The translations under genes were made by a program, and so were the position numbers. A DNA stretch of 64,000 nucleotides, from positions 5,349-69,348 of IMG/VR virus record IMGVR_UViG_3300049828_000292; one strand, written 5' to 3'. Shown here piece after piece: positions 50,970 to 61,100 of the stretch (position 1 is the first letter of the stretch; each line of letters begins with the position of its first letter). Source of the stretch: a virus. Lineage: Duplodnaviria; Caudoviricetes. The notes beneath the pieces were generated by a model. It made no database searches and had not been told where the DNA came from. It worked only from the letters and a program-made list of their open reading frames with translations.

Positions 50970-51538
50970 TGGAGGCTGGCCGCGCGAGTCGCCCGGAGGG
51001 ATTCGCGCGGCCCTTAACGGGAGGCGAGATGAGGCAGGGCAGGATGGAAGCGATGCTGCTGCGCTGGTCAGAGACCAGCTCAGGCGGCGCGACGATCACG
51101 TTGCAGCTGGCGGACGTCGATGACCTCGAGCAGTTCAAGCTGATGACCCTGGCGAAGGGCAAGATGGCCGGCCAGATCCTGGACATCGCCTGGTCCGAGG
51201 TGGGCCTGGACGAGCGCGATCCGACCGAGGCGATCGCGGAGGCGCTGGCCGAGCGCGGGGTGAAGACCCGCCCGCTCTGCCTGCTGGCGGTGCAGTGGTG
51301 CCGGCTGCCGAAGTTCCAGGAGTGGCTGAGCACCGCCTACCCGATGATGTGGGAGGCGATGCGCGACGATGGCGACGCCGAGACCGTCGCGAAGATGCAG
51401 GTGCTTGAGCTGTGCGACATCTCCTCTCGCACCGAGCTGGACACGAACGCGGATGCTGCGAAGCGGTTCCACGAGAAGATCCGGGCGCCGTTCAAGTTCG
51501 TGTGCGAGGCCATCGGAGAGGAGCATGGCGACCGCTGA
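50969..51538 (+). CDS. conserved phage protein (nin-region-like)
   Basis: C.I.SR.ELD.N..AA..FH..IR.PF motif. Confidence 0.7.
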   Translation: MEAGRASRPEGFARPLTGGEMRQGRMEAMLLRWSETSSGGATITLQLADVDDLEQFKLMTLAKGKMAGQILDIAWSEVGLDERDPTEAIAEALAERGVKTRPLCLLAVQWCRLPKFQEWLSTAYPMMWEAMRDDGDAETVAKMQVLELCDISSRTELDTNADAAKRFHEKIRAPFKFVCEAIGEEHGDR

Positions 51539-51845
51539 GGTCAAGCGGTACTGGTCGCGCGTGGCCGAGCTGGGCTGTGTCTGCTGCGGGCGGCCGGCCG
51601 AGCTGGCGCACGCCCACGGCGGCAGCCTGCTCGACCTCGGCTACTACCGGGCGAAGGGCAGGAAGCCGTCCGACTGGCTGGTGCTGCCGATCTGCCCGGA
51701 GCATCACCGGGACGTCTACCGGGGCGGCCTCGATCGCGACGTGCGCATGTGGGAGGATCGCTGGGGTGACCAGGTGGTCTACCTGCGCTGGCTGCGCACG
51801 AAGCTGGGCGTCGACGTCTTCGCGAAGGCCGGCATCGAGGCGTGA
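51525..51845 (+). CDS. Ref/DUF968-like Zn-binding HNH-type nuclease
   Basis: GCVCCG...AH....D..VLP.C..HH motif; start re-called at 51525. Confidence 0.75.
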   Translation: MATAEVKRYWSRVAELGCVCCGRPAELAHAHGGSLLDLGYYRAKGRKPSDWLVLPICPEHHRDVYRGGLDRDVRMWEDRWGDQVVYLRWLRTKLGVDVFAKAGIEA

Positions 51846-52375
51846 CCATGCGAGAGAAGGTCGGCACGGCGCTGAACAGCGGCAACCTGATGGCCTCGGA
51901 GATCGCCGAGCGCCCGATCGACCGGGTGGCCGCCCTCGGCATGGCGCACTGGCTGGGCCGGGAGCTGTGGCACCTGAAGTACGCGGACCAGGTGACCGGC
52001 CCGCGGAAGCGCCTGGTGGTGGGCTACATCGCCCGCCGGCTGGCCCGGCCGAAGCCGCCGTCCGACGTCCTGCACCGGGTCGCCTTCCTGGCGCTGGAGG
52101 CCTGGCTGTACGACCGCTGCCCGGTCTGCGGTGGCCGTCGCTTCGTGGGCGGCGATCGCCAGAACCCGAACGAGCCCAGCACCGTGCGGCCGTGCCCGAG
52201 GTGCGAGGCAACCGGCCGGCTGGTGCTGCGGGATCACGATGTCGCCCGGGTGCTGCGGGTGCCAGTCAACCAGGTGGCCCGGTGGGAGCAGAAGATGCGC
52301 CAGGCTCAGGACATCCTGGCCTGGGCTGATGTGCGCGCAAGCGACGTGGTGCGGCGTCACCTTCGCCGCTATTGA
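51842..52375 (+). CDS. Q-like late antiterminator with Zn finger
   Basis: CPVCGG...CPRCEATG, then VARVLRV..NQV.RW HTH-like region; last gene before a pR'-like promoter. Confidence 0.7.
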   Translation: MTMREKVGTALNSGNLMASEIAERPIDRVAALGMAHWLGRELWHLKYADQVTGPRKRLVVGYIARRLARPKPPSDVLHRVAFLALEAWLYDRCPVCGGRRFVGGDRQNPNEPSTVRPCPRCEATGRLVLRDHDVARVLRVPVNQVARWEQKMRQAQDILAWADVRASDVVRRHLRRY

Positions 52376-52411
52376 CTGGCAGAATTGTCATCGGTAAATT
52401 CACAGTACCGT
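52372..52411 (+). promoter_or_regulatory. pR'-like late promoter with a -10-like pause element
   Basis: TTGACT(52372-77)-17 nt-TAAATT(52395-400); TACCGT (TAnnnT) at 52406-11. Confidence 0.75.
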
Positions 52412-52501
52412 TCGCGGCCGCGAATAAAACCGACAAGGCCGGCTCGAGAGTCCGATGCAACTTCGGACAGCACGGGGAAGATGTCCCCAGAATTTCTGAG
52501 A

Positions 52502-52522
52502 CCCGGCACCCGCCGGGTTTTT
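52502..52522 (+). terminator. tR'-like terminator
   Basis: CCCGGC-ACCC-GCCGGG-TTTTT about 100 nt after the promoter. Confidence 0.8.
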
Positions 52523-52537
52523 CATTTCGGAGGCGCG

Positions 52538-52774
52538 ATGTGGGTCGGTGAGATCAAACCAGGGCGCAGCGACATCCAGTCCGCTGAGCTCGAGGGCGTT
52601 GTGATTCGTTGCGGCTGCTCGCCGGCGGATCGCGAGCGCGCGCTGTGGCATGGCAGGTTCAACCAGCCGTGTCCGACTCCGAAGCTGCATGAACACCTCG
52701 GTGTCATCGCCACCTACCATCGCAATCCGATCGTGCACTTCTGGCGGCAGCTCAGGCTGCGATTGAGGAGATAG
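52538..52774 (+). CDS. hypothetical protein, first late gene
   Basis: GGAGG RBS with ATG 52538. Confidence 0.6.
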   Translation: MWVGEIKPGRSDIQSAELEGVVIRCGCSPADRERALWHGRFNQPCPTPKLHEHLGVIATYHRNPIVHFWRQLRLRLRR

Positions 52775-52776
52775 CT

Positions 52777-53178
52777 ATGGCATTCGGAGTCGCAACCGTT
52801 CTGACGAACAAAGGCAAGGCCGTCACCGCGAAGCGGTTGATCGGAGCCACCCCCTCACAGACCGAGCCGAAATACCTCGCTCTCGGTGTCGGCGCCACCG
52901 GCGCAGCACGCACTGCCGTCGCTGCTGACACGGTGCTCTCGAGCGAACTCTCGGAGGGCCGTGCAACGTGCACCACCTCGACGGTGACCACCGCCCAGAC
53001 CGACGACACGTTCCAGGCGGTCGGCACGGTGACCGCATCGGGCAACCGCTCTGTCGACGAAGGCGGGCTGTTCGACGCGAACACGGTCGGCAACATGTAC
53101 CTGAGCGCGACCTTCAACGTGGTCAGCCTCGCGAACGGCGACTCGCTGCAGATCACGGCGAAAGTCCAGTACACCTAG
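52777..53178 (+). CDS. tail-collar/fibre assembly-like protein
   Basis: VLTNKG...YLALG.G....A.ADT.L..E...R...EGGLFD...GNM pattern. Confidence 0.65.
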   Translation: MAFGVATVLTNKGKAVTAKRLIGATPSQTEPKYLALGVGATGAARTAVAADTVLSSELSEGRATCTTSTVTTAQTDDTFQAVGTVTASGNRSVDEGGLFDANTVGNMYLSATFNVVSLANGDSLQITAKVQYT

Positions 53179-53184
53179 CCGTGA

Positions 53185-55341
53185 ATGGCGACCCTCTATC
53201 TCGACCTGGCCGGAGGGGATGATGCAAACGACGGGCAGTCGTATGCGAATCGCGTAAAGACAAGCGCCAGCGGAATCACGGCGGCCCGCCACACGGCGGG
53301 CGACACGATCCGGGTGATGCGAAGCGCTCACCCGAGTCTGCTCGACAGTGCAGCGAGCGTGACGAACAAGAACCGCACCGTCACTCTGTCGAGCGCGGTC
53401 ACGAGCAACATCTGCTTGTGCGCGTCGAGCTGGACGGCGTCCACCGATGTCACCTGCTCGACGACCGGCACCGACGTGCGCCAGGGCACCGCCGCAGTCA
53501 CGGTGGCGGTGGGGTCGCCCTTCACCACGGGCAAGGCGGCGTACTGGGATCTCGGTGCGTCGACCGACTTCTCCGGGTTTCAGCAGGTCAGCTTCTGGGT
53601 CAAGGCGAGCGCGGCGCTGACGTCGGGGCGCGCCGAGCTTCGGCTGTGCAGTGACGCAACGGGCGACACCTCGATCGTCGCCGTGCCGATCCCGGTGCTG
53701 GGGACGACGTCCTACTTCGTTCCGATCACCTGGGACCGTGGCTCAGCGTTGCCGAACAACGTGCGCTCGATCTCGCTCTACTTCAACTCTGATCCGGGCA
53801 TCATCACCGTCTACCTCGACAACATCCTGGCATGCAAAGCGCCGAGCTCAGCCGACTCGCTCACGCTGACCAGCCTGATTGCTCCGGTTCACGCTCTGCA
53901 CTGGGTGGCAAGCACGAGCTACTCGCAGAACGACATCCGGCGTCCGACCCCGGTGGGGCGCACCGGGTGGCGCTACAAGGTCACGACGGTAGGGGGCGGG
54001 ACGAGCGGAAGCAGCGAGCCGACCTGGCCGAAGCTCATCGGTGAGACCGTTCAGGACAACAACCTGACCTGGGAGTGCATCGGCTCCGAGGACATCTGGC
54101 AGCCGATCCTCAACATCAACGACACGGCGGTGATGATCGCCGAAACGAACTACCCGTCGACGTCGGGGAGCTTTCGTTACGGGTGGTACGGGCCGACCGA
54201 GACCGTGGCGATGTACAAGCGCGAGCCGATCAGCCTGCTGCAGACGACGGCAGCATTCGTGCAAAACGAAGACGCCACCGAGGCTGCGTGGACGACGTGG
54301 CAGGGCGGATACGACACCACGGCCATGTCGACCCAGGATGGTGAGACCTGGATCCGCCTGAACTACCTGTGCGAAGGCATCCGCATCAGCCGGCCGTTCC
54401 ACTCGTACAAGAATCTCAACTTCGTGTCACCGACACGAGGTCTCAGTCACGCCTACGGCTACAAGACTGAGTTCACGAACATCACGGTGGTGGACGCCTA
54501 CACCGCAGCGATCGGCACCGCGAACAACACCGAGGTCAAGCACGCAAAGATCACTGGCTGCGTTCTCGACTGTGAGTCTGGATCTGAGCTGGGCAGCGGG
54601 ATGCAGTGGGAGTTCGAGCGCTGCAGCTTTATCCGCGGCACGTTTGCGCTGGGCGGGTACAGCAACGGCGTCGCTCGAGCGTTCCTGAACAACTGCTTCT
54701 GGTGGTCGAACTACAACCAGTACCTGCTGGACATCATGGCGCCGGCCGAGGCCTACGTTTACCGCGCGCACGGCCTGAACCTGCAGGGCTCGTACTGCAC
54801 GAGCACGGCGAACGCCGGCAAGATCGTGTTCAACGATTGCGTGTGGCCGTCCGAGCTGACCGCCTATGCGGGCGGGTATCACTGGCCGAACTACGCCTAC
54901 CACCACAACTACAACGGCACCGAAGGAGACCATCGGTTCTACTGGGCATCCGGCGCCGGCTTCGTGGCGTCAGCAACGGACCAGCGGCACACGGCGAGCG
55001 GGATCGCCTGGAAGTTCACTGGCAGGTATGCGACGACCTACCCGATGCGCTTCCTGCTGGGGAAGGTGCTCGTCGAGGCGGGCAACTCGTACACGATCCG
55101 CCTCTGGTCTCGGCGCTCCTCGACGGATGTCGTCGGGCGGTTCTTCATTCCAGGCTTCCAGCTCATGGGCATCGATGCCGAACAGTCGGCGGCGCTCGAG
55201 CCATCGATAAACACATGGGCGCAGTGCGATGCGCTGACGATCGAGCCCGACCAGACTGGCGTCATCGAGCTGTACATCGAGGCGCGGGTGCTCACCGGCA
55301 CCTACCTGTACCTGTGGGTTGACGACCTGACGGTGTCCTGA
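53185..55341 (+). CDS. receptor-binding protein A (beta-helix, CBM5/12-like insert)
   Basis: WVASTSYSQN.IRRPT...YKVTT..GTSGSSEPTWP...DN..TWEC module; beta-helix strands; ends VDDLTVS. Confidence 0.75.
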   Translation: MATLYLDLAGGDDANDGQSYANRVKTSASGITAARHTAGDTIRVMRSAHPSLLDSAASVTNKNRTVTLSSAVTSNICLCASSWTASTDVTCSTTGTDVRQGTAAVTVAVGSPFTTGKAAYWDLGASTDFSGFQQVSFWVKASAALTSGRAELRLCSDATGDTSIVAVPIPVLGTTSYFVPITWDRGSALPNNVRSISLYFNSDPGIITVYLDNILACKAPSSADSLTLTSLIAPVHALHWVASTSYSQNDIRRPTPVGRTGWRYKVTTVGGGTSGSSEPTWPKLIGETVQDNNLTWECIGSEDIWQPILNINDTAVMIAETNYPSTSGSFRYGWYGPTETVAMYKREPISLLQTTAAFVQNEDATEAAWTTWQGGYDTTAMSTQDGETWIRLNYLCEGIRISRPFHSYKNLNFVSPTRGLSHAYGYKTEFTNITVVDAYTAAIGTANNTEVKHAKITGCVLDCESGSELGSGMQWEFERCSFIRGTFALGGYSNGVARAFLNNCFWWSNYNQYLLDIMAPAEAYVYRAHGLNLQGSYCTSTANAGKIVFNDCVWPSELTAYAGGYHWPNYAYHHNYNGTEGDHRFYWASGAGFVASATDQRHTASGIAWKFTGRYATTYPMRFLLGKVLVEAGNSYTIRLWSRRSSTDVVGRFFIPGFQLMGIDAEQSAALEPSINTWAQCDALTIEPDQTGVIELYIEARVLTGTYLYLWVDDLTVS

Positions 55342-58193
55342 TGACGACCTACTACGTCGATCCGCTGAACGGAGTTGATGGTGAGTGGGACTTCGGCCCG
55401 AACCCGAGGAAGCTCACCTTCAATGACGGCGCGGCCATCTCATCGGCGCAGTCGATGTTCGGTGGAGGTTCGCTTTCACCTGGCAGCAACTACTACGGCT
55501 ACTGCTACTGCGCTGATAGCGACGACTTCCACTTCGGCTCTGGCACCTTCACGGTCGAGGCGTGGGTCCGATTCACGGGCACCACGGGCAACCAGTGCAT
55601 CATCGCCCAGAAGTACTGGACGTCGCACGGCTGGGGGCTGTACTGGACGGGGACGCAGATTTCCTTCGGCTGGTCGACCGACGGCAGCAACTGGACTACC
55701 TGCGCTGCGAACTGGAGCCCGGCCACAGGCACCTGGTATCACATCGCCGTTGATCGCGACTCCTCGAACAACATCCGCGTGTACATCGATGGCGCCGTGC
55801 AGGCAGGGCCGACGGCGGCAGCGGTCACCTTCAACAATTCGACGATGCCCCTCTACATGGGGGGCGACGGCAACGGGAACATCCGGGTCAACGGATACAT
55901 CGACGACGTCCGAGTGACGAAGGGCGTGTGCCGCTACGGTGGTGCCTTCACCAGGCCGACCGCCGCCTTTCCTGACAACGTCAGCGGCGACTCGAACTAC
56001 AACTCGGTGGTTCTGCTCTGCCACTTCGATGCCATGCTGCACGATGGCACCACGATGGCGAAGGCGTGGAAGACGCTGGACCCGCCCGACCTCAGCAAGG
56101 TGACGACCGGGGACACGATCCGCGTCATGCAGTCGCCCGACCCGACCCTGGTCGACAGCAGCGCCAGCTGGACGAAGGGTTCGCGCTCGGTCACCTTGAG
56201 CGGTGCGGTCACGCTGAACATCGATCGGTGCGAGACAGCGTGGACGCCCAGCACGAACGTGAGCTGCGCAACGGATACCTCGACGCACAAGGAGGGGAGT
56301 GCGTGCATCCAGATCGATCCGGCGAGCGCGTTCACGACCGGGAAGATTGCCTACAAGGCCACGGGCACGCTTGACCTGTCCGGTTACCAGCAGGTCAGCT
56401 TCTGGATTCGCTGCTACTGGGCGACGATCCCGGCGTCGACGCTCACGCTCAACCTCTGCACCGATACGGCGGGAGCGACCAGCGTCCACGCGATCCCCAT
56501 CCCGGCGATCCCGGTGACCGATAGGTGGCAGGTAGTCACCTTCGACTTCGCGACGAACCTGAACTCGGCGATCCAGTCGGTGGCGCTCTATGCCATCGCT
56601 GATCCCGCTGCTCCGCGGATCCATATCGACAACATCATCGCCTGCAAGGCGAAGAGCAGCGCCGACTCCCTGACGCTGGACTCGCTCATCGGCAAGGACT
56701 TGAACCTGACGTGGGTGGCGAGCACCAGCTACGCGCAGAACGCGATCCGGCGCCCGACGAAAGCGAACAGCACCGGGTTCCTCTACAAGGTGACGACCGT
56801 CGGCGGCGGCACCAGCGGCAGCAGTGAGCCGACGTGGCCGAAAGACTTCGGGGCGACGGTCAGCGACAACGGCATGACCTGGGAGTGTGTCGACATCGAG
56901 GAAACGTGGCTCGCGATCAAGTGCATCAACGGCACCGCGATCACGATCGACTCGTACCACAGCAACTACCAGAGCTACGGCCGGGGATATTCCGGAGCGA
57001 CGGCGACCGCCCCGCTCTACAAGCGCCAGCCCTTCGTCACTCGCCTGGTGGCCGACTCGAACGGCTGGGGTGTCTCGAAGATGAACGGGTCGGACGCCTC
57101 TCCTGTGAATGTCATCGGAGGCTATGACTCCACGAACATGTCGACCCTGGTCGGGGAGACCTGGATCTCCGGCAGCGGGTACGGCTACGGCCTGAAGTGC
57201 GGCACCGATAGCGGGCAGTACAACGGCAACATCGTGTGGAAGAACCTGCACTTCTTCCGCTTCCACTACGGCGCCATCTTCTCCACGTTCCAGAGCGGCC
57301 CGAGATACACGCGCATCGAGAACTGCTCGTTCAACAACTCCTACTACGGTGCCGTGAACACCGATTGCGTCCTGAAGGCGAACAGGATTGCGGTCTGCCA
57401 CAACTTCCGCAGCCTCTACCACTCGTATGAGGTGAACCTCCGGTTCGCGCGGATCGATAGCGCGATGGACTACGGCATCATCCGCCAGGTCGGCACGTTC
57501 TACAACGCGCACCAGGTTCAGCTCACGTTCTTCGCCGCGAAGCAGAACAACTGCTTCTCGGACACCTCTGGGCTCATCAATGCGCGCTTCATGTGGGGCG
57601 ACCTGGAGTCGAACCAGTCTGGCGAAAACGGTTACGGCCTGCAGGCGAACATCTATCACTCGAACTGCCTCATCGATGTGACCGACTACTACACTGGCGG
57701 CGGGTACCTCACGAACCCAGGCCTCTATGGTCGGGCCATCTTCCACAACCACCAGCGTGTCGCTGGGGCCCACTTCCAGCTGGTCGGCACTTACAACGAG
57801 ATCGAAGCGGTGACGGACGTGCGCCACACAGCCTCTGGGTTTGCGTGGAGGTTCTACGGCACCGCTTCAGATTTCGAGCACGCCACGACGCAGGTGATCG
57901 CGCGCGTGCTGTGCGAGGCGAACACCCAGAAGACGCTCTCCGCATGGATCAGGCGCAACAACACGGGATACACGGGCGGCGCGCAGGGCCGGCTCTTCAT
58001 TCGTGGCGGGCAGCTCAAAGGCGTTCCCGAGGATCTTTCAACCACCACGAATCCGACGGTCGACACCTGGACGCAGTACCAGATCCAGTGGACACCCACC
58101 GAATCCGGCGTGATGGAGATCGAGTTTCAAGTCTGGTACGGCAATGACAATCCGAGAACGTATTACTACGTTGACGACCTGACGGTGAGCTGA
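55341..58193 (+). CDS. receptor-binding protein B, paralog of A with an inserted LamG/ConA domain
   Basis: FTVEAWVRF...WYHIAV.R...VYIDG...GYIDDVRVTKG LamG; same insert module and VDDLTVS ending. Confidence 0.8.
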   Translation: MTTYYVDPLNGVDGEWDFGPNPRKLTFNDGAAISSAQSMFGGGSLSPGSNYYGYCYCADSDDFHFGSGTFTVEAWVRFTGTTGNQCIIAQKYWTSHGWGLYWTGTQISFGWSTDGSNWTTCAANWSPATGTWYHIAVDRDSSNNIRVYIDGAVQAGPTAAAVTFNNSTMPLYMGGDGNGNIRVNGYIDDVRVTKGVCRYGGAFTRPTAAFPDNVSGDSNYNSVVLLCHFDAMLHDGTTMAKAWKTLDPPDLSKVTTGDTIRVMQSPDPTLVDSSASWTKGSRSVTLSGAVTLNIDRCETAWTPSTNVSCATDTSTHKEGSACIQIDPASAFTTGKIAYKATGTLDLSGYQQVSFWIRCYWATIPASTLTLNLCTDTAGATSVHAIPIPAIPVTDRWQVVTFDFATNLNSAIQSVALYAIADPAAPRIHIDNIIACKAKSSADSLTLDSLIGKDLNLTWVASTSYAQNAIRRPTKANSTGFLYKVTTVGGGTSGSSEPTWPKDFGATVSDNGMTWECVDIEETWLAIKCINGTAITIDSYHSNYQSYGRGYSGATATAPLYKRQPFVTRLVADSNGWGVSKMNGSDASPVNVIGGYDSTNMSTLVGETWISGSGYGYGLKCGTDSGQYNGNIVWKNLHFFRFHYGAIFSTFQSGPRYTRIENCSFNNSYYGAVNTDCVLKANRIAVCHNFRSLYHSYEVNLRFARIDSAMDYGIIRQVGTFYNAHQVQLTFFAAKQNNCFSDTSGLINARFMWGDLESNQSGENGYGLQANIYHSNCLIDVTDYYTGGGYLTNPGLYGRAIFHNHQRVAGAHFQLVGTYNEIEAVTDVRHTASGFAWRFYGTASDFEHATTQVIARVLCEANTQKTLSAWIRRNNTGYTGGAQGRLFIRGGQLKGVPEDLSTTTNPTVDTWTQYQIQWTPTESGVMEIEFQVWYGNDNPRTYYYVDDLTVS

Positions 58194-58194
58194 G

Positions 58195-61100
58195 ATGTCC
58201 CTGACCCCGGTCACCTCGCTCGACTGGGGTTGCTGGGGCGAGCCCTACTGCAACCTCGGGACGAACACCTACACGCTCGACTGGGGCTGCTGGGGGCAGC
58301 CGTACACCACCGAGGCGATCGTCGGTGCGTACACCGCAACCTGGACGACCTCGTCAGCGTCGACGACGTTCTGGATCAAGGGCTACTCGTATGTCCTAAC
58401 GGCGACGGTCACGGCGGTCGCCACGCGCAATCTCCTCGCGTCTGCCATCCGGGTGGCGTCTGGAACGGCGACCGCCACCCTGAGCAAGCGGGCCCAGCTC
58501 GTAAGGCAGGCGACGGCGTCGGCGGCCAGCGCAACGTGGTCGACCGCGCGCTCGCTCGTGCGGGCGCTGGCGACAGCGACGGCGGGATCCACGGCAACGC
58601 TCCAGCGGGCGACCGCGCTGATCCGCTCGGCGACCAGCACCGCCACCCTGCCGGCCTTGCTGAAGGCCGCACGCCGCACGATCACGGCGACGGCCGTCAC
58701 GTCGACGGCGAGCTGGGGCAAGGCCAGGACGGTGGTGAAGACCATCACCGCCACGGCCGCGGCGTCGACCGCCACCGTCAAGCGGGCCGCGCAGCGCATC
58801 GTGAGCGCCACCGGCTCGGCGACGGTGCCGGCGCTGCTGAAGGCGGCGAACAGGAAGTGGACGACGGCGACGGCCTCGAGCACGGCGACCTGGTCAACGC
58901 TCAAGACCTTCCTGCGGACGCTCACAGCGACAGCGGCGACGAGCACGGCCACGTTCCGGCGGGCCGTGCAGCTGGTGCGCTCGGCCACCGGGGCGTCCGC
59001 GGCTTCGATCAAGCGGGATGTCGTCCTCCGGCTCGCCGCTGCCACCGCAGCGTCGACGGCGCTCTTCGTGAAGCTGGCGCATCGCATCCTGACGCTGGCG
59101 ACGGCCTCGCATACGCAGACCTGGACGAGCCTGAAGGTGCTGCTGCGGGCGTGGTCGACGGCCACGGCCAGCTCGACGGCCACGGTCAAGCGGGCGGTTC
59201 AAGCCGTGCGGACGGCCTCGAGCGGCTCGACTGGGACGTTCCTTAAGGCGGCCACCAGGACGCTGGCTGCAGCGACCGCCGCCTCGAGCGCGCTGCTCGT
59301 GCGGCAGGCGCAGCTGGTGCGCACGGCAGCGCACGGCGCAGCGATCGCAACGTGGGCTGGAGCTCGGGCGTACCTGCGGACGCTGACGGCGACAGCCAGC
59401 TCGACGCTGGTCTGGGTCAAGGCCGCAGCGCTGGTGCGGGCGGCCAGCTCGAGCGCCACCGCCTCGGCCCAGAGGGCGGCGGGCAAGGCGCTCACGGTCA
59501 CGTCGAGCGCCACGGTGAGCGTCCAGCGTGCGGTGGCGCTGATCCGTGCGGCCACGGCCTCGAGCGTGTCGACCTGGGAGCGGGTGGTCGGCGTTTTCTA
59601 CCGGACGCTGACGGCGACGGCCTCGTCGAGTGCGTCCGCTGCGAAGCTGGTCTCGACGACGATCGTCGCCACAGCGTCGGCCTCGGCGAGCCTGGTGCGA
59701 TCGGTGGTCAGTGCGCTGACGACGGCGGCCGCCTCGGTCGGCGCCTTCGTGAAGGCCGCCTCGACCACGATCGGGACGAGCGCCGGAGCGACGGCCACCT
59801 TCTCGGTCGGCCGGCTGTTCGTCAGGACGTGGGAAGCGGTCTCGACTGCGGTCGCCACCTGGGCCGGGCAGTTCACCGCTGCGCCCACGCCGTCGACCAG
59901 CGAGAAGATGCGCGGGATCGACTACGCGCATCACGGGGCGCCGTTCGTGATGCTCGGGGCCGACACCTTCACCCTCGACTACGCGCACCACGGCACGCCG
60001 TATCTCGCAGTCGGTGGGCCGCAGACGTTCATGCAGACGCTCACGGCCACGGCCACGTCGGTGGCGAGCTTCATCAAGGACGTGATGATCTCGATCGCCG
60101 CCGCCGGCAGCGCCGCGGCCGAGTTCGTCAAGCAAGCGCAGCTTGTCCTGGCGGCGCTCGGGACGACGGTCACCGAGTGGCGCCTGCCGGGCTACTTCTA
60201 CCTCACCGTGAGCACGGTGTCGGAGGCGACGGCAACGTGGGCGCGCGCGGTGGCCGCCAGCCTGGCGGCGGTCGGCGAGTCGGTCGGCTCGTTCGTGAAG
60301 GCAGCCAGCATCACCCGGTTCATGACTGGCGCCCCGGCGGCTGCCCTGGTGCGGTTCGGTCGCTTCGTGCAGGTGACGGCGACGGCGGGCAGCGTGGCGA
60401 CGCTGGTGCGGCAGGCACAGAAGATTGCGAGCACGGTCTCGAGCGCGATCGCCAGCTCGACCCAGCACGCGATCGTCACCCTGTACCTGGCGCTCAGCGC
60501 GACCGCTTCCTCGGTCGGCTCGATCGGCCGGGCGGTGAGCAAGGTCTGGCTGGCCGGCGGGATCACCTTCTCGAGCTTCGGCAAGGCGATCACCTGGCAG
60601 ATGCTGGCGGCGGTGGCGGGCAGCGCCGGCGCATGGAACAAGCGGGCCCGGATTGCCCTGGCGCAGGCCACGGCCGGGGCTACGGCAAGCGTTCGGCGGG
60701 GGGCGGGTAGGGTAGTAGCCGCCAGCGCCTCGAACGCAGCCACGGCCTTAAAATCGGCGCGCCTGGTGCGGGCGGCGGCAGTCACCGATTTCGCACGGGC
60801 TGAGATTTCTCGCCAGGCGAGAAAAGTGGTCGCGGCTACCTCGGTGGCGACGGCGACCTGGCTGACCCAGGTCTACCGGCTGTACCGGGCCACGCTCAGC
60901 GCGGCGAGCGCCGGGGCGGCGAGCGTCACGAAGCAGGCGCAGCTGGTGCGTAGCGCACTCGGGGCTCACTCGGTGAGCCTGACGCGCCAGGTGCAGCTGG
61001 GCTGGGTGTACGCGAGCGCTGCGGTGGTGGTGCTGCGCAAGGCGGTGACCGTGACCTGGCAGCCGGCGATCGGCCGGCACCTTGCGCTATGGTTCACGCC

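Noticed and set aside
58195-60003. Diversity-generating retroelement TR/VR pair in the fibre repeats
   Set aside because: No reverse transcriptase or Avd in the window, and the differences between repeats are not adenine-specific.
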